Source: an uncultured Alcaligenaceae bacterium
GTDB lineage: Bacteria > Planctomycetota > Planctomycetia > Gemmatales > Gemmataceae
Assembly: GCA_964410665.1 (NCBI GenBank)
Contig: CAYPIE010000133.1
Location: 1-13,927, forward strand
Direction of reading: 5' to 3'
Length of the DNA stretch: 13,927 nucleotides
Positions within the stretch are counted from its first letter, which is position 1, and each line of letters opens with the position of its first letter. Shown one piece after another: positions 1-6,832 of the stretch. Both the position numbers and the translations under genes were made by a program. The notes beneath the pieces are model-generated. The model was not told the origin of the DNA, ran no database searches, and saw only the letters and a list, made by a program, of their open reading frames with translations.

Positions 1-147
1 CTCTGCCTCTTTCCCCGCACCGCAAGTGCCTCTGCCTCTTTCCCCGCACCGCAAGCGCTTCTGCCGCTTCGCAGCGCAAGCGCTTCTGCCGCTTCGCAGC
101 GCAAACGCCTCTGCCGCCTCCGCAGCGCAAACGCTTCTGCCGCTGAG
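1..147. repeat. Degenerate tandem repeat array with 29-bp and 25-26-bp units. Units are 1-29 and 30-58 ('ctctgcctctttccccgcaccgcaag(t/c)gc'), 59-83 and 84-108 ('ttctgccgcttcgcagcgcaa(g/a)cgc'), 109-134, and a decayed partial unit to about 147. The array is cut by the window edge, so it probably extends further left.
   Basis: Direct reading of the sequence: adjacent units are near-identical with no spacers between them. Units are GC-rich and internally self-complementary (ctgc...gcag, gcgc..gcgc). The reverse complement of this array matches the array at 13851-13927. Confidence 0.85.
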
Positions 148-154
148 GCGAGCT

Positions 155-199
155 CCGGACGGACGTCCGGTGCGAATCAACTCGTGAGCGTACTCGCTC
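155..199 (-). terminator. Two small GC-rich hairpins in the 3' region of the minus-strand giant gene. The first is ccggac-ggac-gtccgg at 155-170 and the second is gagcg-tact-cgctc at 186-199. They lie between the stop codon at 211 and the repeat array.
   Basis: Perfect 6-bp and 5-bp inverted repeats seen in the sequence. There is no clean U-tract after either stem, so rho-independent termination is only a possibility. Confidence 0.2.
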
Positions 200-210
200 C
201 ATATCACCGA

Positions 211-3200
211 TCAGTTTAGCTCCAAGCCATCGAGCAACAATGCGGAATCGAAGGTGGTATCGCCCAAGTCAACGACTCCAAAGCCGATGGTGTACGTTCC
301 AGCCTGGTTGAAGGTCAGGGTGACTTCTTGGTATCCGGTAGCGGCGTTGAACGAGGCTGGGGTGGTCTGAAAACCGGGGGTAGTGGTGTCGGCAAGACGG
401 AACAGTTGTTGGCCCCCTTCTCCGGCAACACTCAAAAAGGTGGTGTCATTGAATGACGAGGGCGTGGCCTCGTTGGTCAGAAAGTTGAAGCGGATGGTCA
501 GGGTATCACCCGCCTCGACCGTGAGTGTGGTCCGTAAGGCCGAACCTGCGGTGGCGTTCCCTCCGACCAAGCTATCGATCGAACCGTTGGTGAGTCCGAG
601 GAACTGCTCGAGCTGACCATCGGTTTGGTTGCCACCCAGGTTATTTGCGGTAGTCAACAAAGCTTGTTGGGATCCTTGCACGGGGTCGACACCAAACGAT
701 CCATCGACGATGCGAACATCTCCCTGGGCTTCGAAGCCGGACAGGCCGTTTTCGAAGCCACCGTTGCCGAGGTTGGCTTCGACGGTGACGATGACTTGGG
801 CGGTCGCGCTGCCCCCGTTGCCATCACTGACCGTGTAGGTGATGGTGTCGGTACCACGAAACGTGGGGTTGGGAGTGTAGCGGATGCCACTGTCTGCGGA
901 GAAGGTAACCGTGCCGTTCTGGGCCGAAGCCGTGTTGAGGCTTAGCAGATCACCATCGGGGTCGAGGTCGTTTGCCAGGACGTCGATCAGGTTTGCCGTG
1001 CTCCCCTGGTCGACGGTGGCGGTGTCATCATTGGCAATGGGGACATCGTTGACCGGGTTGACGGTGATGCTCACCGTGGCGGTACTCGAAGCCTCGTTAC
1101 CATCGCTGATGGTGTAGAGAATGGTGTCCTGACCGTTGAAGTCGGGATCGGGCTGATAGGTGAGGCCGCTGGGGGTGATGGTGACGCTACCATTGTCGGC
1201 CTCCGCGAAGGTCACGGTGAGCGGGTCGCCATCGGGGTCGAAGTCGTTTGCCAAGACATTTATATTTGTGGCCGTGTCTTCATTCACGGTTGCGACATCG
1301 TTGATTGCCTGGGGTGACTGGTTATTTAAGTCGGTTGCAGGAACCACTTCAATGGCATCGATGAGCAAGGCTGAATCGAAAGCGGTGTCCCGACCGTCCA
1401 GCACCACGAAACCAATGGTGTAGTCACCTGCCTGGTTAATCCCCAGCTCGGCAGTGAAATAGCCCGTCGATTCTGTAAACGCGGCGTTCGACACACTGAA
1501 CCCATCGGTGGTGGTATCTGCGAGCAGGAATGCCTGGGAAATCTCGGGCCCGCTGATGGTAAACAGGGCCGAGTCGTTGAAGCTGCTCGGGGTGCCCTCG
1601 TTGGTTAGGAAGTTGAAGGCGAACCGGAGCGTTGCGCCTTGGGGAATAAACACGCTGCGTCCCAAGGCGGAACCGGCGGTGCTGCTGCCCACCGTCACGC
1701 TCTCCAGGCTACCGGAGGGCAGTTCCAGGAAAGACTCGATAGCTGTCTCTGACAGGTTACCTCCGTTGGCGTTGCTGTTGGTGAGGGTCGCTTGGTTATT
1801 CCCCTCGACCGGGGTTTCGCCGAAGCTGGTGGTGCTGACAAAGACATCGCCAAGGGTGTCGAAGCCAGTCAGCCCGTCCTCGAAACCGCCGTTGGTCAGG
1901 TCGCCTGTCTGAGGCGGCGGTGGCGGTGGCGGCGGGTCGTCTTGCCCGGAGGAGACCGCCTCCACCGCTGCCAGAGCATCAATCAACCCAGCGCCGGAGT
2001 CGAAGTCCACGCCTTCCGGGCCAATGTCCTGGGCGGTCTCGGCCAGAACAGAAGTGATTTCCTGGGGAGTCAGATCGGGGTTGGCTTCAAGCAACAGCGC
2101 GGCTACTGCGGCTGCATGCGGGGCGGCGGCGGAGGTCCCGAAGAAGTTGGGGAAGGAGTCGCCGTCGACGTCGGTGCCAAAGAAGGTGGTGTTGGTGCCG
2201 TCGGGAGCGACGAAGTCGGGGTTGTTGCGGACGTCGGGCTGGCTCAATCGCTGGCCGGCGGTGTTAAAGAAGATCGGGGTGCCACCGGCGGAGGAGAAGT
2301 CTTCCAGTTCGGCGGGCGAGACGCCAAATTCGGGGGTGTCTTGATAGAACGCAGCGCCCACGGCGTTGGCGCCCGCCGCGTTAGCATGGCCGTATACCGT
2401 CGAGCTCTTGGTGTCATACTCGTTGATGGTCAGGTCGCCGAAGTAGACGTACTTCATCAGCCCGGCGTCGGGCCCAGAGAAACGGCTGATGACCAGGTTG
2501 AACTGGGTGCCCAACTGCCCGTTGTTCTGGAAGCTGAGCAACTCGACGGCGTCGTTGCCGAGGTTGTTGTCGGTGCTGGAGGCGACAATCTGCCCGCTGG
2601 GTGTCACCAAGTAGATGTCGTAGTCGCTGGCCGACCCAGCACCACCGGCGGAGATGAACGGCTGATCCCACTGGAATGACAGGGTGAAGCTGCCCCCGAC
2701 CGGGACCGTGACGCTCTGGAAGGCGTCCACGCCCGAACCTGGGTCGAAGTCGTGTAGTTCGCCGATGTTGGGGATGTTGTCTCCGCTGGAGCGGAAGCCA
2801 CTCTCGTAGCTGTCACGGCCGGAGTTGCCAGCCGAGGAGAAGTAGGCGACGCCGTCGTCGGCCACCTGGTTGACCGCCTGGGCAACAATCCCATCTTGGA
2901 ACATCGGCTCGGCAAAATAGATGACGTCATCAACGATGATATCGGCCCCGGCTTCGGCCAGAGCGAGGATGTTGTTGGCGAAGTTGGCTTGCCCGCCGAA
3001 GGCAGTGGCGAAGGAGAGGTCAGCGCCCGGGGCGAGGTCGTAGATCAGTTGCAGCATGGCCCGGCCCTCATCGGAGCCGCCGGGGAGGTCTTGCAAGACG
3101 TCGATGTCCGGCGGGAGGTCGCCGGTCGCCTGGTCTTGGACATAGCTCCCAGGCCCCGTGTCAAAGCTATCGGAGAGGACCCCGATAGTGACACCGGAGC

Positions 3201-3834
3201 CATCGACGCCGAAGTTGGTGCGGGCTTCATCGGCACGCACCGCGGCGTCGGCCTGGCTCGTGGTGGCACCGACACTGGTCACTGGTTGGAAGACGGACCG
3301 GGCAAAGCGGAGGCTGTTCAAGTCGCCCATCTGAGGCAAGGCTTCGAACGGCAGCCAAGCGGACACCACTCGGCCGAAGGAAGAGAGCCCGGTGGCTCCG
3401 ATGCTCTCAAGCTCCTCGATCAGGGACTGTACGTTCCCCTGTGCGGTCGCATCGACCGCGACATAGCCATCGCGAACCAGCAGGTTGGGATCACTCGGCG
3501 TAAAAGTTTGATTGGGAGTGAGTGTGCTGGCTTGCAAGTAATTGCTGTAGAGAGAGATGAGCGAGCTGCTCATCCGACTCATCGGGCTTGCCTTGGAGGC
3601 GGTCAGTTCGTTGAGATTGGTTGCCCCGTACAATCCCGTGCTGCCAGGATCGAAGGGGGAGCTGACTTCGTTCAGGCCTTCGGGCAGCAGCTCGGGGCCG
3701 GTGAAGGCAGCGGGAACCGAGCGGTCTTCGAGAAACTCACAACGGAGCCGTGCGGGGTGGGTTCGTCGGGTCGACTTCGGCTTGGTCGAAGCGATGGGAA
3801 GCCAGCGTCGTTTGAAAAAGCTTACCAGTGACAT
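211..3834 (-). CDS. Giant secreted multidomain protein with a subtilisin (S8)-like peptidase-fold domain. I prefer the start at the ATG at 3832-3834 ('MSLVSFFKRRWLP...'). The maximal ORF extends to 3927.
   Basis: Domain order is N-terminal basic segment plus 'LRCEFLEDRSVPAAF', then the S8-like domain, then a P8 linker, NGGFE domain 1, two cadherin-like repeats and NGGFE domain 2. The S8-like domain carries 'GVTIGVLSDSF' (Asp motif), 'SSAGNSG' (Asn oxyanion motif) and 'GTSAAAPHAAAVAALL' (Ser motif). The PPPPPPPP linker is at nt 1912-1935. NGGFE domain 1 begins 'TNGGFEDGLTGFD...FDSALLIDAIEVV' and the C-terminal domain 2 ends '...FDSALLLDGLELN'. The two roughly 95-aa cadherin-like repeats have the form 'ANDDTATV....VLANDxDPDGD'. 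The long ORF shows GC-rich third-position bias. Confidence 0.9.
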   Translation of the reverse strand: MSLVSFFKRRWLPIASTKPKSTRRTHPARLRCEFLEDRSVPAAFTGPELLPEGLNEVSSPFDPGSTGLYGATNLNELTASKASPMSRMSSSLISLYSNYLQASTLTPNQTFTPSDPNLLVRDGYVAVDATAQGNVQSLIEELESIGATGLSSFGRVVSAWLPFEALPQMGDLNSLRFARSVFQPVTSVGATTSQADAAVRADEARTNFGVDGSGVTIGVLSDSFDTGPGSYVQDQATGDLPPDIDVLQDLPGGSDEGRAMLQLIYDLAPGADLSFATAFGGQANFANNILALAEAGADIIVDDVIYFAEPMFQDGIVAQAVNQVADDGVAYFSSAGNSGRDSYESGFRSSGDNIPNIGELHDFDPGSGVDAFQSVTVPVGGSFTLSFQWDQPFISAGGAGSASDYDIYLVTPSGQIVASSTDNNLGNDAVELLSFQNNGQLGTQFNLVISRFSGPDAGLMKYVYFGDLTINEYDTKSSTVYGHANAAGANAVGAAFYQDTPEFGVSPAELEDFSSAGGTPIFFNTAGQRLSQPDVRNNPDFVAPDGTNTTFFGTDVDGDSFPNFFGTSAAAPHAAAVAALLLEANPDLTPQEITSVLAETAQDIGPEGVDFDSGAGLIDALAAVEAVSSGQDDPPPPPPPPQTGDLTNGGFEDGLTGFDTLGDVFVSTTSFGETPVEGNNQATLTNSNANGGNLSETAIESFLELPSGSLESVTVGSSTAGSALGRSVFIPQGATLRFAFNFLTNEGTPSSFNDSALFTISGPEISQAFLLADTTTDGFSVSNAAFTESTGYFTAELGINQAGDYTIGFVVLDGRDTAFDSALLIDAIEVVPATDLNNQSPQAINDVATVNEDTATNINVLANDFDPDGDPLTVTFAEADNGSVTITPSGLTYQPDPDFNGQDTILYTISDGNEASSTATVSITVNPVNDVPIANDDTATVDQGSTANLIDVLANDLDPDGDLLSLNTASAQNGTVTFSADSGIRYTPNPTFRGTDTITYTVSDGNGGSATAQVIVTVEANLGNGGFENGLSGFEAQGDVRIVDGSFGVDPVQGSQQALLTTANNLGGNQTDGQLEQFLGLTNGSIDSLVGGNATAGSALRTTLTVEAGDTLTIRFNFLTNEATPSSFNDTTFLSVAGEGGQQLFRLADTTTPGFQTTPASFNAATGYQEVTLTFNQAGTYTIGFGVVDLGDTTFDSALLLDGLELN
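766..1340 (-). repeat. Intragenic tandem duplication encoding the two roughly 95-aa cadherin-like repeats, about 285 bp each. Coordinates are approximate. The flanking roughly 550-bp NGGFE-domain coding segments (about 214-765 and about 1340-1900) are a second, more diverged duplication.
   Basis: The protein repeats are 'AINDVATVNEDTATNINVLANDFDPDGDPLTV...' and 'VNDVPIANDDTATVDQGSTANLIDVLANDLDPDGDLLSL...'. The opposite-strand shadow ORFs 884..1117 and 1160..1423 also resemble each other (RSPSGSRSFARTSIRF versus GSPSGSKSFAKTFIF), which shows the repeat at DNA level. Confidence 0.6.
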
Positions 3835-4161
3835 GAAAGAAGCCTTTTTCCACTTGTTGGTCAAAGAAAGGGTAAGGGAGTAAGAATCGGTTGGAGCCAA
3901 AGATCGCTGGGATGGTCTGGTTGGCATCCGCCGGAGTAATGCGTATTCCGGTCGATTCCGATCTCACCGATCGACGATTTGGGGGCCGCGCTACACCCAC
4001 ACGTGCCAAGCGGTCCTGCCGAGCACGGGAAGGTGATGGCATTACTTCTTCTCACCAAATCGCAATCCTGACGGATCGGATTCACGGCTGTACGGTTTTT
4101 TCAAAGCGTTGCTTGTTCGCCGTTTCGACGAAGAGATGGCGACAAGCGTCGCGCAACGCCT

Positions 4162-4212
4162 TGACAAACCTTAAGGTTTGGTCGTAGCGTCGCCGTGATC
4201 CTGACAAACTTA
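4162..4212. promoter_or_regulatory. Putative operator or transcription-factor binding site. There is a perfect 16-bp palindrome caaaccttaaggtttg at 4165-4180 inside 'ttgacaaaccttaaggtttggtc', and a third directly repeated half-site 'tgacaaacttag' at 4201-4212.
   Basis: Read directly from the sequence. The palindrome is AT-centred in a GC-rich intergenic region, between the flotillin 3' end at 4330 and the start of the giant secreted-protein gene at 3834 or 3927. Within it, TTGACA at 4161-4166 is a -35-like hexamer. Confidence 0.3.
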
Positions 4213-4329
4213 GCGGTCGATTTTTTCGAGCGAAGTGTCACACTGAGGTGCTGCATTCAATGCGAGGCGAGCGGCAGGCAAAAGAAAGGACGTGCTCGTT
4301 TCCGGCACATCCTTTCTGCGAGAAAAATC

Positions 4330-6000
4330 TCAACTTTTCGTTTCATTCCCCTTGAGGTCGTTGCTTTTGACTTCGCCGTTGGTGGCGGCAACCTTGTCGT
4401 GCCCTTCGCTGGCGTTGTTCCCCTTTTCTTCACCGGCCAGGCTGGCGAGATAGTCGGGCACATCGACGCCGCCGATGTCGCGCATCACTTGCAGCATGGG
4501 GGGCAAGGAGTGGGCGAGGTCAGAGAGGAATCGCGAGGTTTGGCTGCCCCGGCCATTGCTGCCGTTGCCTTCCCAGACCACGACCTTGTCGAACTTGATG
4601 TTGGAGATGGCCTTGGCCGAAACCTCGGCCAGGTGGTCCATGTGCTCCAAGAGCAACAGCTGAAAGGCTTCGCGGGCGGTGCCACAGGCCTGGATGATCT
4701 TTTTCAAGCCATCGCCCTTCTTGGCCAGGATCTCAAACTGGCCTTTGGCCTCGGCCTCGAGCTTGGCAAAGATTGCCGCCGCCTCGGCCTCGGCGTCGAT
4801 CCGCTTGCGCTCACCTTCCGCCTGGGCATCGACAATAATCCGCGCCTTTTCGGCCTTGGCGGTGGCTTCGAGCTTGGCCCGCTGCTCGGCCTCGACTCGC
4901 TCGGCCTCGGCTATCGCGGCTTTGGCCAGAGCGTGGTTCTCGGCCTCGAGCACCGCGGCTTGGGATTCGCGGCGTCGGGTTTCACCCAGCTGATAAGCCT
5001 CGGCTTGCTTCACTTTGAGCGTGGCCTCGGCATCGGCGATGTCGGCCTTCGAGGCGGCTTCGCCGCTGTAGGCCTTGGCGTCGGCGTCCGCGATCCGAAT
5101 GCGCTTTTCGCGGTTGGCGTCGGCCACCTGCGACTCGCGCTCGAAGGCGGCGCGTTGCTCACCGACCTCGCGTTCTTTGGCCAGGTCGGCGAGGCGGATG
5201 GCTTGCTCGCGTTGGGCCTCGTTGACGCCGATCTCGCGCAGCTTGCTGGCCTCGGCCACCGAGATCGCTTTTTCACGTTCGGCTTCGGCCACGCCGATGT
5301 TCCCGTGTTTCTCTTGCACGGCCACATCGATGCGGGCTTGTTCGATGGCTTGAGAAGCCGCCTTGCGGCCAATCGCCTCGATGTAGCCGGACTCATCGGT
5401 TAGGTCGGTAATGTTCACATTGATCAGCACCAGGCCGATCTTTTTTAGCTCAGGTTCCAGGGAGGATTGAATGTTTTCTAAGAACTTGTCCCGGTCCCGG
5501 TTAATATCCTCAATGCCCATGGAGGCAATGACCTGACGCAGTTGGCCAAAAATAATGTCGGCGGTCTGCTGGCGGATCTGGTCGAAATCGAGCCCGAGCA
5601 AGCGGATGGCCGCGTTGGTCATGGTGGCCGGGTCGGTGCCCACAGCCACGGTGAACACACTGGGAACGTTGACGCGGATGTTCTCCATCGAAAGGGCGCC
5701 GCGCAGGGGGATCTCGATCTGCATCGGCTCGAGCGACAGGTATTGGTAATCCTGGATGATCGGCCAGACGAAGGCCGCACCACCGTGGACGCAGCGGGCG
5801 ACGTTGCCGGAGCTGGTTTTCCCGTAGATGACCAGGATCTTGTTGGACGGGCAGCGCTTGTAAAAACGCAAGTACAACATCAAAGTGCTAAATACCAGGA
5901 TCGCCAGCAAGATCGCGGCAATGGCTAGGCCTTGGTTGACCGGGTCCTCAGGCAGGAATGAGGTACTACTCTCCTGGGCGAGAAGAAACAGACTAGTCAT
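4330..6000 (-). CDS. floT: Flotillin-family SPFH/band-7 protein of the FloT/YqiK type, 556 aa. I place the start at the ATG at 5998-6000 ('MTSLFLLAQE...'), downstream of the maximal-ORF start at 6069.
   Basis: The protein has an N-terminal transmembrane helix ('LAIAAILLAILVFSTLMLYL'), then an SPFH domain, then a long Glu/Ala-rich coiled coil ('EAEREKAISVAEASKLREIGVNEAQREQAIRLADLAKERE...') typical of flotillin EA repeats, then a roughly 150-aa C-terminal tail. The start at 6000 lies 2 nt after the upstream NfeD stop codon (5993-5995) and is preceded by a GGAG Shine-Dalgarno ('ccGGAGtctgctaATG'). Confidence 0.92.
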   Translation of the reverse strand: MTSLFLLAQESSTSFLPEDPVNQGLAIAAILLAILVFSTLMLYLRFYKRCPSNKILVIYGKTSSGNVARCVHGGAAFVWPIIQDYQYLSLEPMQIEIPLRGALSMENIRVNVPSVFTVAVGTDPATMTNAAIRLLGLDFDQIRQQTADIIFGQLRQVIASMGIEDINRDRDKFLENIQSSLEPELKKIGLVLINVNITDLTDESGYIEAIGRKAASQAIEQARIDVAVQEKHGNIGVAEAEREKAISVAEASKLREIGVNEAQREQAIRLADLAKEREVGEQRAAFERESQVADANREKRIRIADADAKAYSGEAASKADIADAEATLKVKQAEAYQLGETRRRESQAAVLEAENHALAKAAIAEAERVEAEQRAKLEATAKAEKARIIVDAQAEGERKRIDAEAEAAAIFAKLEAEAKGQFEILAKKGDGLKKIIQACGTAREAFQLLLLEHMDHLAEVSAKAISNIKFDKVVVWEGNGSNGRGSQTSRFLSDLAHSLPPMLQVMRDIGGVDVPDYLASLAGEEKGNNASEGHDKVAATNGEVKSNDLKGNETKS

Positions 6001-6556
6001 TAGCAGACTCCGGTTGTAGTGACTCGGGCATGACTTCGAGGGTTTCGGGGTTGACCAGCCCAGTGACAACGACCGACGCGCCGGTGGGGAGATCTTCGGA
6101 GTGTGAGGTCATGGCGGCATATTCAATGGAGCGGTTTTGCACAACCACCGTGACCTTGCCCTGCCCGTGGTTCTTGCCAGGGACGGGTAGATAAACGGTG
6201 GCGGGCTTGCCGACAGCGCGCTGAATGCGCAGCGTTCCTTCGGATTGTAGGCCACGCAGCCAGTGAACCATGCCGGCGACCAGGGCCATGGCGGCCAGGC
6301 CCGCGCCAAAGGCGACCAGCCCGGTCTCGGCTGGTGCCAGGTCGGCCGCCTGGCCGATGATGCCGCCCATACCGAAGAATGTAACCGCACCGGTCAGGGC
6401 GCGGAGGCTGAGCAGACCGACCAGCCAGCCGTCGCCCGCCGCGGCGTCGACGTCGGCGTCGGTGTCGCTATCGTCGAGGCCGATCAGGCCTGCAGCGAAT
6501 TGCAGGATTAACAGAGTGCCGCCGACGGCAGCACAAACGAGGTAGACGTATTCCAT
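5993..6556 (-). CDS. NfeD-family membrane protein, short YuaF/YqiJ-like form, and flotillin partner. It has three N-terminal transmembrane helices and a C-terminal OB-fold.
   Basis: The N-terminus contains hydrophobic helices ('YVYLVCAAVGGTLLILQFAAGLIGL', 'GLVAFGAGLAAMALVAGMVHWL'). The C-terminal beta-rich segment is 'GKVTVVVQNRSIEYAAMTSHSEDLPTGASVVVTGLVNPETLEV'. There is a strong Shine-Dalgarno ('cAGGAGtctgcccATG'). The gene lies immediately upstream of flotillin and is probably translationally coupled to it, as in the canonical nfeD-floT operon. Confidence 0.85.
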   Translation of the reverse strand: MEYVYLVCAAVGGTLLILQFAAGLIGLDDSDTDADVDAAAGDGWLVGLLSLRALTGAVTFFGMGGIIGQAADLAPAETGLVAFGAGLAAMALVAGMVHWLRGLQSEGTLRIQRAVGKPATVYLPVPGKNHGQGKVTVVVQNRSIEYAAMTSHSEDLPTGASVVVTGLVNPETLEVMPESLQPESAND

Positions 6557-6779
6557 GGGCAGACTCCTGCTTTGCGTTTGGAAAAGTCCTTAGCAGGATA
6601 TTCGGTCGCAAGTGCCCATCATGAACCGGAATCGAGACTTCTGCAAGCATTCCTATCAAGGTAGACGAGTCGCTATCTTCGGGCGTGGTTGCGAAAACCC
6701 ACAAAAACTCCCAGTTGCTGCAATTGATACTTCGGCGAAACGAAGCAACGAACGACCTTCCCGGGAAGGCGGAAAGGTC

Positions 6780-6832
6780 TTGAACAATGGGATAAACAAG
6801 GTGAATTATATCAAAATTTTATATATATTTTA
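6780..6832. promoter_or_regulatory. AT-rich island ('ttgaacaatgggataaacaaggtgaattatatcaaaattttatatatattttatc'). It contains a consensus TATAAT on the minus strand (reverse complement of 6807-6812) and a hairpin ccgtaa-atctgc-ttacgg at 6834-6851 that overlaps the vWA stop codon. It is probably the promoter and/or terminator region between the ATPase-vWA and NfeD-flotillin transcription units.
   Basis: The tract is a strong local drop in GC content against a roughly 60% GC background. It sits in the 273-bp gap between the vWA stop (6830) and the NfeD start (6556). Confidence 0.35.

Noticed and set aside
1-147. The 29-bp repeats could be a CRISPR array.
   Set aside because: The units are directly adjacent with no unique spacers of 30-40 bp between them. 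Unit length varies (25-29 bp) and the sequence decays. There are no cas genes in the window. This is a tandem repeat, not a CRISPR array.
211-765. A C-terminal PEP-CTERM or other sorting signal on the giant secreted protein.
   Set aside because: The protein ends '...FDSALLLDGLELN'. It has no PEP motif, no C-terminal transmembrane helix and no LPXTG, so no recognisable C-terminal anchor.
1792-3831. Long plus-strand ORFs 1792..2679 (295 aa) and 2896..3831 (311 aa).
   Set aside because: They lie entirely antisense to the 1200-aa minus-strand gene. Their translations are low-complexity and Gly/Arg/Val-rich (for example 'GGGGGPEEVGEGVAVDVGAKEGGVGAVG'), as expected for shadow ORFs in GC-rich DNA. 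They have no recognisable motifs.
3737-4187. Small ORFs in the flotillin/secreted-protein intergenic region: 3891..4187 (+), 3861..4085 (-) and 3737..4042 (-).
   Set aside because: They overlap one another and the N-terminus of the giant gene in alternative frames. They have an Arg/Ser/Pro-rich composition typical of out-of-frame GC-rich sequence. They have no start context or motifs. The region is better explained as regulatory, given the palindrome.
4195-5403. A 402-aa plus-strand ORF.
   Set aside because: It is antisense to the well-supported flotillin gene. Its translation is a Gly/Leu/Ala-rich repetitive sequence mirroring the EA-repeat coiled coil. This is a GC-rich shadow ORF.
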